A model generated the notes under the pieces. The model was not told the DNA's origin. It made no database searches and was given only the letters and a program-made list of their open reading frames with translations. DNA of 64,000 nt from the human T2T-CHM13v2.0 reference genome, Homo sapiens, in assembly GCF_009914755.1 (NCBI RefSeq), contig NC_060934.1; one strand, written 5' to 3'. Position numbers and translations under genes: made by a program. Of this stretch, positions 16,693 through 30,000 are shown piece after piece (position 1 is the first letter of the stretch; every line of letters begins with the position of its first letter).

Positions 16693-18390
16693 CTATCTGA
16701 CAAAGGGCTAACATCCAGAATCTACAAAGAACTTAAACAAACTTACCAGAAAAAATCAAACAACACCGTCAAAAAGTGGGCAAAGGATATGAACAGACAC
16801 TTTTCAAAAGAAGACATTTATGCAGCCAACAGACACATGAAAAAAGGCCCATCATCACTGGTCATCAGAGAAATGCAAATCAAAACCACAATAAGATACC
16901 ATCTCACACCAGTTAGAATGGCAATCATTAAAAAGTCAGGAAACAACAGATGCTGGAGAGGATGTGGAGAAATAGGAATGCTTTTACACTGTTGGTGGGA
17001 GTTTAAACTAGTTTAACCATTGTGGAAGACAGTGTGGTGATTCCTCAAGGATCTAGAGCTAGAAATACCATTTGACCCAGCAATCCCATCACTGGATATA
17101 TACCCAAAGGATGATAAAGCATGCTACTATAAAGACACATGCACACGTATGTTTATTGTGGCACTATTCACAATAGCAAAGACTTCAAACCCACCCAAAT
17201 GTCCATCAATGATAGACTGGATTAAGAAAATGTGGCACATATACACCATGGAATACTATGCAGCCATAAAAAATGATGAGTTCATGTCCTTTGGAGGGAC
17301 ATGGATGAAGTTGGAAACCATCATTCTTAGCAAACTATTGCAGGGACAGAAATCCAAACACCACATGTTCTCACTCATAGGTGGGAATTGAACAATGAGA
17401 ACACTTGGACACAGGGGAGGGAACATCACACACCAGGGCCTGTTGTGGAGTTGGGGGCTGGCGGAGGGATAGCATTAGGAGAAATACCTAATGTAAATGT
17501 CGAGTTAATGGGTGCAGCAAACCAACATGGCACATGTATACCTATGTAACAAACATGCACATTGTGCACATGTACCCTAGAACTTAAAGTATATAAAAAA
17601 AAATAAAAACAACTGCATGTTGTTTCAATTAAAAGCAATCTATTACAAACAACAGATTTCTCTAAAAAGTTTAACTTTAGGAAAATATTGACTCTGAAAC
17701 CATTTTGGAATTTGATGGGCTATTTGAAAACATCTTGAAGATTCTGGTTTTTATATCATTATTAATTGTCTTTATGTTCCCCTGTTCCAGTTTGTATTCT
17801 GGATAATATCTGGTTCTATAGGCAAATTAATGTTTAAAACAAAATGATCATCTGAGATAAATGCTTAAGCTGTTCTTACTAAGGGGTTTATAGATACATA
17901 TTTTTGAATATACAGGTGGAAATACATATTTTTACTACAAATAGAATAATTTATCTTAATTTGTGTATTTTTAAGTTATTCACTAAAAATATAAAGTAGA
18001 ATTTGAGAGAAAAGAGAGAAATATGTTATAGTGTGCCCACTAGACAGAATTAACAGGAACAAAATATACTTACAAAACATTTAGAAAATAAATTATTAAC
18101 TGTATTAGCATGAGAAGCTCACTGGTTCTTCTCAGCTTTTGCTCTGCAGAGATTATATTTAGCTATATTTTTATATACTATTCATTTTCAGTGGCTAGGC
18201 AGAAAGATAGATTGATCTTTTGTGGTTCATTTCAATAGTTTTCAAATTTAGCTTGGACATTTAATTAATTAGCCTTTGCATAATATTAATTGCTTGTATC
18301 TAGAAGAAATATTTTGTGTATGTGTTTGGCTGATAGGTTAATAACTGAATTGAGTAAATAACTGCTGTCACTACTGGCTCCAAAATGTGA

Positions 18391-18688
<298 letters not shown>

Positions 18689-18756
18689 CGTATTTGTATA
18701 ATATATAATACTTGATTTTGGCTAAGTCTTTTCATGAAGAAAATGACAACACTGAC

Positions 18757-19094
18757 ACTTTGTCATTCCTCAGTATCTGTGGGGGATTGGTCCCAGGACC
18801 CCCTTCTGATACCAGAATCCACATATACTGAAGTCCCTGATAGAAAATGGCCATAGTATTTGCATATAACATATACACATCTTCCCATATCAATCATCTC
18901 CAGATAACTTATAATACCTAATACAATGTAAATGCTACATAAATAGTTGCATACTATATTGTTTAAGGAATAATGGCAAAAAATTCTGTGCATGTTCATT
19001 GTAGACACAACCATCCATTTCTTTTCTGAATATTTTCCATCTCTGGTTGTCTGGATTCACGAATGCAGAACCCATGGATACAGAATGCCAACTG
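18757..19094. mobile_element. MER2 (TcMar-Tigger DNA transposon)
   Basis: cagtatctgtgggggattggtcccaggacccc ... cccatggatacagaatgccaactg terminal inverted repeat ends. Confidence 0.85.
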
Positions 19095-19509
19095 TATAGT
19101 CATGAGGAAATAATCAGGAAAAAACAGTAATATTCTAAGTATTACTTAAATTTTGGTTTTGAATCCATTTTAACATTTTTTTCCTCCTGGAAAGATTTTA
19201 TGACTAAATTTATCTGCAAATTGTAATCACCAAAATAGGAGTTAAGGATGCAAAATTGTTTGTTTTCATTGGTACTGCCAACATTTTGTTATTCCTGAGT
19301 TCAAACGGATACATTTAAAAGCCTCTGCAACCAAATGACTGTGACTTTTAGCTCAGTTTCTGTGAGAAAAAAAGACACTATTTTAAATCATTTTTATTTA
19401 TTAAACACTAGCTCTCTACAAAAAGCAGCTATTATGATATTACAGGACTATAATGATCAACAAAACTGTAGTAGTTGTAATCTGGGCAATAAAACTTTAA
19501 GCATAAACT

Positions 19510-19690
19510 TTGGAAGCAGAGCCTGGGTCTAACCTGATAATACCACATGTATGCTGTGTGACCTTATACAGGTTACTTACTCTCTCTGAGGTAAAGTTTC
19601 TTATTCATAACATGATAGTAATTTTACATAAATAACCAGATTAAATGAGCAAATATATGTAAGGCATTAAATACATGGTAGCTTTACTAT
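19510..19690 (+). mobile_element. MIR SINE
   Basis: gctgtgtgacctt...gttacttactctctctgag...gattaaatgag core. Confidence 0.7.
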
Positions 19691-20542
19691 TTCATATATG
19701 CCTCAGAGATTCCTGGCTCTCAAGGCAGGAGGGAGAAAATATTAGTAACATTATTACTAATACCAGAAGGAAAAAAAAATACCAATAGCATGAAATTGAA
19801 ACAAAATTTCCTAGCACTAAATTTTAAAAGAAAATGGTTTTTATATGAGATATATAGGAATATAGTACACATCAAATAATGTAGTGGAAAATACATATTT
19901 TTAGTGCAAGTAAAATAATTTTATGAAATCATAATGAAATAACTATTGGAAAACATATGAAAAGTACTGTGTCCTATTAAATATGCATACTTTTGTTTAC
20001 ACAAGACCACAAATTTATAGAAAATTTATTTCAAAAGCTGAGAGTTCAAGAAAATCAGACAGTATATAATATTTGACCTAAGACTATTCCACTGATAATA
20101 CAAGCCGAATAGGAATTATTGTACACTGAATTGCAGGATCATAGCTGAGGAAGACAAAATTATTATGTCTGAATAGACCATTAAATGACCTCTGAATTCT
20201 TTGACATATAATTAAAAATAAAAGCATATTTATGCCCCAAAACTAATGCTTTGTTTAAATAAAAAAAGATGAATAAATTTACTAAAATAAATAAACAAGC
20301 TAACAGAAAAACAATCAAAGATGCAAAAAGATTGTGTTGTGGAAATGCAATTTGCTAAGCACTTGAAAAGATACATGGGCTGTAGTTATTGTCACATGGG
20401 CAGTTTTGAACTTTCATATATGCACCTAAACACAGACACACACACAACAGATATTAACACTATGTTCTTTTTTTTCTTGAGACTATAAAGGAGCTGTTTC
20501 TAAAAGATAAGAGAAGAATCCATCAAAAAGAAATGAACACAC

Positions 20543-20961
20543 TGATACGGTTTGGATGTTTGACTCCCCTGCATCTCATGTTGAAATGTAATCCCTAGTA
20601 TTGGAGGTGGGGCCTGGTGGGAGGTGCTTGGATCATGGGGGTGGACCCCTCGTGAATGGCTTAGCACCATCTCCTTGGTGATGAGAGATTTCTCACTCTG
20701 AGTTCTCAAGAGATCTAGATATTGAAAAGTGTGTGGCACCTCCCCCTCCCTCTTGCTCCTGCTCTGGCCATATAACGCACTGGCTCTCCCTTCACTTTCC
20801 ACCATGATTGGAAGCTTCCTGAGGCCCTCATCAAGAGCAGATGCCAGCACCACACTTCCTGTACAGCCTGTAGAACCATGAACCAAGATAAAATATATTT
20901 TCTTTATAAATTACCCAGCCTCAGGCATTCCTTTGTAGCAATGCAAGAATGGCCTAATACA
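20543..20961. mobile_element. MSTB-like MaLR solo LTR
   Basis: tgatacggtttggatgtttg ... gcaatgcaagaatggcctaataca; TSD cacac/caaac. Confidence 0.9.
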
Positions 20962-21019
20962 CAAACCAAATATGGTTTTCCATATTTAATGGGAGGAATG
21001 GAAGGTGCGTTACTCTTTC

Positions 21020-21220
21020 TTGAAGAGTTTCTCTACATTAGACATTTTACTTCCAATATTTCTTTAAAAACCTTGCAACAAATCCATGAAATAGGTATTT
21101 TCATTCTGCTTTGTAGATAAAGAAACTGAGACTCAAGGAGATTAAAGAACTAGTCAACTATTATACAGAAGAGCCAGACTTCATTCCCAGGCATGGTTAA
21201 ATTCATGCCCAGGTTTCTCT
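21020..21220 (-). mobile_element. MIR SINE
   Basis: tgtagataaagaaactgagactcaaggagattaa reverse MIR core. Confidence 0.65.
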
Positions 21221-21542
21221 CCCTAGTTAAAACAAGATTTGTAATAACAGCAAAGGTAAATTCCATTAGACACTTTTGCTCAGCTTCTAGAATACAGGCA
21301 ATCAAATAGTAGTACTGAATAAAGAATTATTGAATAAAACGATACGTCTATTTCAAAAGACAGACAAGTACAGTTGCCCCTTCTATATTTGGATATCAAC
21401 TGAAGAGTTATTACAAATGAATTAAAGGATTTATAAATGTCTATGGTATTGTTGAAGGAAGAGAAAAAAATGCCTTTCAAACAATGTGCTAAATTATTTA
21501 ATGCTGCTCAAATAGGCGCCTCTGTCCTTTAATGCAAATACA

Positions 21543-21546
<4 letters not shown>

Positions 21547-21592
<46 letters not shown>
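21547..21592. repeat. (CA)n microsatellite, about 23 units
   Basis: Direct inspection. Confidence 0.97.
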
Positions 21593-21596
<4 letters not shown>

Positions 21597-21599
21597 TAC

Positions 21600-22087
21600 C
21601 ACCATAGCTTCCTATTGCTTCTGTAATAGATTACGGCAAAATTAGTGGTTTAAAACAACACCAGTGTATTACTGTATAGTTTGTAGGTCCAAATGGGTCT
21701 CACTGGGCTAAAATTAAGACGTAGCAGGTCTGCATTTCTTTCTAGAGCCTCTAGGGCTGTATCTGTTTCCTTGTCTTTTCTAGCTTCTAGAAGCTGCCTG
21801 CTTGCATTCCTTAAGCTTAGTGTCCTTTCATCAGTCGAATCTAGCAATGGCCAGTGGATTCTTCTGTTGCATCAGTCTGACACTGACTGTCCTGCCTTCT
21901 TTCACTTATAAGGATTCTTGTAATTGCATTGAGTCCACCCAGATAGTCCAGAATAATCACCCTATATTAAATCCTTAATCCAATTACATCTGGGAAGTCC
22001 CTTATCTTATGTAAATTAATATCTTCCCAAATTTCAGAGATTAGGGCATAGATGTCTCAAGAGAAGGGGGCATCATTCTGCCTACAA
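21600..22087. mobile_element. MLT1 (C/D/E-like) MaLR LTR
   Basis: ttagtggtttaaaacaacac...tttctagcttctagaagctgcc...attctgcctac. Confidence 0.75.
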
Positions 22088-22279
22088 GAGGCATATTATT
22101 GTGTTCTTTTCAATGTAAAATTCGAAGGATCTACTACATTTAAAAACAGAAATGTGTTAGGATGTTCCCAAATGACAAATTTAGGAAAAACAAAATTCTG
22201 TTTTAATACAAATATGGGAGCTCTCAAGCTCTTTTTATGTGCAAACAACATCACTGACAGAAAGCTTTAATGGTAATAC

Positions 22280-22450
22280 TAATCACTGAGAAGTTTCTGG
22301 ACCAAGTGTTTTCTGTGCATTATTTCAATTTACTCCTGTAATAACATTGTACATATTATTGATTGTCCACATTTTATCAATGAAGATAATGAGGCTTGGA
22401 GGGATTAAATAACATGTCTAAAATTACTCAACTAGGAGAAGGCATAAATA
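22280..22450 (-). mobile_element. MIR SINE
   Basis: cattttatcaatgaagataatgaggcttggagggattaaataac. Confidence 0.6.
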
Positions 22451-25400
22451 AGATTCAGACTGAACCCGTAACAACATATAGATGTAACTATTTCACTTTA
22501 TGGCCTTAAATTTGAGTCATTTTTTAAAAACCTGAAGTAATCCTTGGATTTGTGATTTATGGGGAGTGGGGAGCAAGGCGGTTTATTTCTATAGTGAAAA
22601 AAATAATTTATTTGTATTTAGGTATTAGGTATTTAGGTATATACTTCTATGCCTAGGACCACAAGAAAAATGAACATTTCACTGGGAAATTTCTAAAACT
22701 TTCTAAGTTTTTATAAATACCCAGGAAGCCAAGAATATAGATTGCTAGAATGGGGACAGGGAAAGCAAACCTACTTCTAAACTGCATCAGGAAAATAATT
22801 TAAGGAATATGTAGATAATCTGGTTGGAATTAAAGCCTCCCAGTGGAAGTATTTCTATATGCCTTCATTTGAAAATATCTCTTTCGCTCACCTCATAACA
22901 GCTTGAGGCAAAGTAAAAACAGTATGGATACAAGATGAGAAATCCCATTTCTATAAAGTTGAGGACTTTTTCATCTTGCACAAGGCGGTTGAATACAAGG
23001 GCCTGCTTTCTCATGTATAAACTGTAGACAAACAATAAGATTACTGTGATGATTAAATGTCATCATAAACAGGTATATGTTTATAATCACCATACACCTA
23101 TAAAACATTAGAATTGTCTATAAAAAGTGAAAAGTGTTATGGCATATATTCTATTTTCAAAACATTTGCATCTTTTAATAAAAATAGTGGATAAATTATG
23201 TAAAAGTGCATATAAGTGTATGTATAGATACTATATAAGTATATATTAGGATATTACAATATAATTGAAAAAGATATATAATTTAAAAAAATCAAAATCA
23301 CGGGATGATAGATTATTTTAATTTTCTTCTTTTCGTATTTTATTTTTATTGTATATAATGATAAGTACTGCTTTTCTAATTTAAAATAGTTAATGTTAAT
23401 GTTATGATGGAAGACTAGAAGTAGAGCGGAAACAGAAGTCATAAAGCATACGTACACGAAACTCTTGAACTTTATCTGTTCCTTTCTATGCCTTTTCTAA
23501 AATATCTCTTTCATCTAAAGAACCTGTGGAGATACTATGTGCAAATCTTCATTTTCTTTTCCTCCATCAACAAGCCCTGGCTTACGCTAGTAAAGCATAC
23601 ATTTTTTTTCCTCCTGAAATAAAATAAGAATTTTCCTGCTTGTTTGCGAAATATTTCCCTAGGTATATTGGATTTACTCGTGAAGATTCAACCAAGAAGC
23701 AATGAATAAAGAGAGAAGTGGCCTTGAAAAACACAGTCTAATTATTATTTATCTATATATCTTTGCTGTGTTCATTAGTCATATGGTATACAACATATTA
23801 AATAATTCATTTTTTGCACAAATTTTAGAAGTAATATAAGTGGAAGCAATTTAACTACAACTACTTAGTGTAATGAACATTTTAAATTGAGCTTTTGGAA
23901 AGTGCTTAATTAATACTTGTAAAATAGGGGTTCACAGTTCTTGCAATATGTCATTAAGTCCAAGCATTATCTTTAATCTTCTCCCAAACTTCTGAGAGGA
24001 GAAAATAGTTTTTGAAGCAACACAAATTGATAAACCTTCAAAAGTTGAGGTAATCAGCTACTTACATTTTTGAGCACTAGTCACAGTATAAATGGAAATT
24101 AAAATTCCATTATGACATAAAGTAAAAATTTAGCACTGTAAGTTTCAAGTAATATGCCACCCCTCTACACCAACCTTACCAAGCACTTCATTCAACCACA
24201 TTTCAGCCCTAATATGACTTTTTTTTTATTTGCCTAAACAGTATCACTTCCTCCTTTATTTTGGCCTCAGAAGTCCATTTTCCCTCCTTGGTTTACTATT
24301 ACCTCCACATTCCATGAGTCCTTAATAGAAATGCCAACTATTGTACTCTTCACTTCACCCCTGGCCAAGGATACACAGCTCAAGCCAGGCCAATCAGATT
24401 CTCTCACCTTCAGATGTGTGATCCTTGAACTGACTGCCAGTTGCTTGAAGGTCATTGACCTCAGCTTTCTTAATGGCACTGCCCAAAAAGGAATTGCTAC
24501 TTGAGTTTCTAAGATTGCTGAAGCCTCTCCATGTTTTTGTTTTTCCTTAGACCCTATTCAATTTCTCTCTTGCTGTACAAGCCACCAAGTATTCTTCTGA
24601 TATGATTCCTTTAGTATAAGCCAGTCAGAAGTGGTTTCTGCTGTTTCCAACTTACTAACCATGCCAAAAATAGTTTGGAATGACCAATTTAGTTCATAGC
24701 AGAGAATGGACACCATACCTCCCTATTTATGGAAAAGATACTGGATTTTTTCCTCCCAAAAGACATTATGAAATGTAGATTTTTCATTTTGTGTTGCAAA
24801 ATTTAATCAAGTATTAAATTTTAGTATATTTTCTTTTTTATAATCATGGATTTTACATCATTTTAATTTTTTTTTGAAGAAAGTTGTCTTTGTTTATGTA
24901 TATACATTATCCGGTTGTCAATCAAGGTAGGTGTATTCAAATCTAAAGCCCTCAGAAGATGCCTGGCTGCTTTTCTAACATGTCACAACCTACAATCCCT
25001 GGTAATACAGAGAATTCAGAGGAAAATATGAGATATCTCTCTGTACACTTATCTAAAGGAGTAGATGAAGCATATTTAGTATGTGCTTATTATAATTTTG
25101 TGTGGTTCGAACATATCACAGCTAGCAGTAGTAATAAAAAATACCTTTTTATAGAGTATTTCTTATGTTACAATAAGTTAAGTACTTTTCTGATATGATA
25201 GTCCTTAAAATTCTCAAATACCCTTATGAGGTGTAGACATATTTACCCTAAGAGAAAGTTGAAGATTATAAAGGTTAGAGAAGTTTGTAAAGATCAGAAC
25301 TGGGTATGGAATTCAGGCCTGTCTGATACCAAAATCATGGATCTTAAGTAATTTCATATATACAATTTTTATGTATCTACTTTTTCTCTGCTTTTCTATT

Positions 25401-25632
25401 AAGGTAATTTTAAATGGGAACAACTTAATGGTTTAATAATCTGTGTTACATAGAATTTTCCCTAGTATAGATTTTTGATAAAATTTCTCCTTTACTGTTT
25501 GTCCTTTAAACTCAGGCATATCTGAGCATTTATGAAATATCATCAAATAGGGATCATTTAGAAGCAAAACTGAACCACTAAACTGGTTAAAGTATCCAAC
25601 TTTCTTGTGTATTTTAATAAAACACAAATATA

Positions 25633-26016
<384 letters not shown>

Positions 26017-26827
26017 TCAAAATTGAAAGTGACAGCTTTTAAAATAATGATTTCCTCTAAACTGCTTGTCTGTAATTATTTTTAAGATATTACATAGGGG
26101 ACTAATTAGGTACAAGATACCAAAAGGGATAAGAACAGGAACAAGATTGATTAATTGAACTTACGAAAGTTCCTGGGAATAAAAAATGAATTAGATTGGG
26201 AAGAACTGACTACGAGACTTGTGTTCTGAATAATGATTAAAAAGAATGACAAGCTAAATTTATGTTTCTTATCTCTGAATCATAAAATTCTGTTTTTGCT
26301 TTTGCATTGAAGCAATGTGTACATTAAATTGAAATGCATGCCTTATAAAATGTAAACATTAACAAAATTAGGGAATATTTAAGAATAAATTAAATTTTAA
26401 ATTGTGAAGATAAAACCAAGAAATCTTCTACCTACTTAATTCCCATGTTTTCTTCCACATACAAGCCCTTTATTATTTATTTGGCACTAGCTATAGTTAT
26501 TGTTGGCCCAAGTTAACTATTATCCAACATACTTTCTTTAGTCATAATTTTTCTGGAGTATCTGCAACATTTGATGTTTCAGCCATTTTTGACTTTTCTT
26601 GAAACCCTCTTCTCCTTTGGCTAACAGGTCATCACTACATAAATTGTACTCATTTTTTCCACTGGTCTCTTAAATGGCTATTCTTTTCCTCTCATTCACT
26701 AAATGGAAGAGTTTTTCTCAAACTCAGTCTTTCATTTTTCTCTCTTGACAGCCTCAGAAAGACAAATGAGATGGGGCCTCAAGGGACAATAATTTTTTTT
26801 TCTTTTGACAGCTTAATTTGGTCATTG

Positions 26828-28365
26828 TGAGAGGTTACAGCCTGCTGGCAGCCCTCGCAGCCCTCGCTTGATCTCAGCACCTCCTCAGCCTTGGCGCCCA
26901 CTCTGGCCGCGCTTGAGGAGCCCTTCAGCCCGCGGCTGCACTGTGGGAGCCCCTCTCTGGGCTGGCCAAGGCCGGAGCCAGCTCCCTCTGCTTGCGGGGA
27001 GGTGTGGAGGGAGAGGCGCAGGCGGGAACCGGGGCTGCATGTGGCGCTCGCGAGCCAGCGTGAGTTCCGGTGGGCATGGGCTTGGTGGACTCCGCACTCA
27101 GAGCGGCCGGCTGGCACCGTGGGCCCCAGGCAGTGAGGGGCTTAGCACCCAGGCCAGCAGCTGCGGAGGGTGCACCGGGTCCCCCAGCAGTGCAGGCCTG
27201 CCAGTGCTGCACTCAAATTCTCACTGGGCCTCAGCTGCCTCCCTGCGGGGCAAGGCTTGGGACCTGCAGCCCGCCATGCTGGAGTGTCCCCCCGCCGTGG
27301 GCTCCTGTGCAGCCTGAGCCTCCCCAACGAGCACCACCCCCTGCTCTGTGGCACCTGGTCCCATCAACCGCCCAAGGGCTGAGGAGTGCGGGTGCACAGC
27401 GCCGGACTGGCGGGCAGCTCCGCCTGCGGCCCCAGTGCAGGATCCACTAGGTGAAGCCAGCTGGGCTCCTGAGTCTAGTGGGGACTTGGAGAACCTTTAC
27501 GTTTAGCTAAGGGATTGTAAATACACTAATCAGCACTCTGTATCTAGCTCAAGGTTTGTAAATGCACCAATCAACACTCTGTATCTACCTAATCTGGTGG
27601 GGACTTGGAGAACCTTTATGTCTAGCTAAGGGACTGTAAATACACCAAATCAGCACTCTGTGTCTAGCTCAAGGTTTGTAAACACATCAATCAGTACCCT
27701 GTGTCTAGCTCAAGGTTTGTAAATGCACCAATCAGTGCTCTGGGGTTTTGGAGAACTTTTGCGTCTAGCTCAGGGATTGTAAACGCACCAATCAGCACCC
27801 TGTCAAAACAGACCAATCAGCTCTCTGTAAAACAGACCAATCAGCTCTCTGTAAAATGTACCAATCAGCAGGATGTGGGTGGGGCCACATGAGGGAATAA
27901 AAGCAGACTGCCCCAGCTAGCTGTGGCAACCAGCTGGGGTCCTCTTCCACACTGTGGAAGCTTCATTCTTTCACTCTTTGGAATAAATCTTGCTGCTGCT
28001 CACTCTTTGGTTCCACGCTGCCTTTATGAACTGTAACACTCACCGCGAAGGTCTGCAGCTTCACTCCTGAGGCCAGCGAGACCACGAACCCACTGGGTAG
28101 AATGAACAACTCCTGATGGGAGGAACGAATAACCCCAGACATGCCACCTTAAGAGCTGTAACGCTTACCGCGAAGGTCTGCAGTTTCACTCCTGAAGCCA
28201 GCGGGACCACGAACCCACCAGAAGGAAGAAACTCCGAACACGCCCGAACATCAGAAGGAAAGAACTCCAGACGCACCATCTTTTAGAACCCTAACACTCA
28301 CCGCGAGGGTCCGCGGCTTCATTCTTGAAGTCAGTGAGACCAAGAACCCACCAATTCCAGACACA
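26828..28365 (+). mobile_element. LTR12-family (ERV9) solo LTR, about 1.54 kb, antisense to PCDH15
   Basis: tgagaggt..cagc start; GC/CpG-rich U3; tandem ~40-bp tctagctcaaggtttgtaaa..ccaatcagc units; U5 repeats; ends accaattccagacaca; TSD attg/gttg. Confidence 0.95.
27480..27930 (+). promoter_or_regulatory. LTR12 enhancer/promoter: six intact CCAAT boxes (27567, 27728, 27788, 27813, 27837, 27861), GT box and TATA-like AATAAA at 27896
   Basis: Motifs read directly; architecture is that established for ERV9 LTRs (NF-Y driven). Confidence 0.75.
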
Positions 28366-29449
28366 GTTGGATCTGAGTTAGCAGAATGGATCTAAACAGC
28401 ATTTCTCCCTGATACAAGCTTCACTAGCTCATCTCCTCTTAAAGAGATCATTGCCTCGACAGGGAATCTCCTATCATTACACTGCCAGTGGATTTTTGTT
28501 TGCCTTTATTTCCATATTTCCTTTATATTTGTAGAGTAATAGTGTTTCCAGTCCCTGGTTTCTAGTCTTGAGCCCTTTCTATGGTGTGTTCAGATGTGTG
28601 CAAATTAAGTTTTTTTCTTTGTGCTTATGGGAGGTCAAGAGATACTTTTTCCTTTGATGCTTTCTTTGCCTGGTTTTCTCACTTAAGCCTCATTATTTTA
28701 CATTTGTACCACGTGAGACTAGCGACGCTTGGCATAACAATTCCTTGACTTAAGTACTCATGCTATATGATTTTTTTTCAAAACCTACCTGTCAGTCTTG
28801 AACACCTTTGGAAGTCCAGTTCCTTGTTTCCTGCAAGTTTTTATTTAGATCTTATTCATGTCACCCAAGATCAAAAGTATAAAATCATCCTTGATTTCTT
28901 CCTTTCTCTTTATAACCAGTCATCAAGTCCTACCAACTTCTCTTTTGCAGTTGTCCTATATTTTCCTCCTCTCACTGGCCCAATCCTAGTTCTAGTTTGG
29001 GACTGGCCTATTTATCCAATTCTTTTTAGCATTCATTCTATCTCTCTCCAAGCTATTCTACATACTGAGCTAACTTTCTCATGTTAATTCCCTGCTTTAA
29101 GAAACAAAACAAAACAAAAAACTGCAAGCAGTTAATCTTCCTATCAGTATTTCAAATAGTTGTGAAGAAACAACAACAACAATAAAAACAGTAAATATTC
29201 AGATTTCCATTTTCCATTTCCAGATATCTTAATTAAGTAGGTTTGGAAAAGAGATCACAAAAATATGTATTATTAAACGAGTATCTCAGGTAATTATCAC
29301 CAGGTAGTTCAAACAGTTGCTTTATGAGAAACACTATTTTATGATTCTTTTACTTATCTACTTCCTTTTTCTCTTCACTAACTTTTGTTTACCACTAGGG
29401 CAATTCACTGTCTTCTGAAGCCACTTTCAACCAATTGCCAATTAGAAGA

Positions 29450-29598
29450 ATTTTAAATTTATACAACCAAGCTGCACCTCAACCACCTTGGGCACATGTT
29501 CTAGGATCTGAGGGCTGTGTCAAGGGCCATGGTCACTCATATTTGGCTCAGAATAAATTGCTTCAAATGTTTTGCAGAGTTCGAGGTTTTTCACTGAC
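29450..29598 (+). mobile_element. MER4-type ERV1 LTR 3' fragment
   Basis: aaccaagctgcacc..accaccttgggcacatgttc..ggtcactcatatttggctcagaataaa..tgaca. Confidence 0.7.
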
Positions 29599-29977
29599 AA
29601 AGCTACTCTAATTTCAAATCATGCATGTCTATGTCTCTTGTATATCAATTAGTCATGTACTTCATGCTACTACTTATTGTTTATACCTATGTTATAGCTT
29701 CTCCACCAGGATAGAAACTTCTTTAAAGCGCTAATCTCACCTTGTGGATACGTATCCCCTTACAGCACTTAGAACAAATATGTGATATATATTTGTTAAT
29801 TTAACATACTTTTCATTATCTCTGTAGCACGAAAATAATGTTTCAGGGGCCATGTGACAAAAAAACAGAATCATATTAGATGTGCCTCAAAAATAAAGGG
29901 AACAGAGTTGTTGAAAGTGAAATAATAACTTAAAAAGTACTAGTCTGTTTGGAAGTTTTGTTTATATGTAAATGCAA

Positions 29978-30000
29978 GTGTGTGTGTGTGTGTGTGTGTG
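29978..30000. repeat. (TG)n microsatellite
   Basis: Direct inspection. Confidence 0.9.

Noticed and set aside
26779-27450. Dense overlapping ORFs on both strands
   Set aside because: GC-rich LTR12 U3 is poor in stop codons; no protein homology evident
27480-27870. Regularly spaced ~40-bp repeats superficially like a CRISPR array
   Set aside because: Tandem ERV9 enhancer units with no unique spacers, in eukaryotic context
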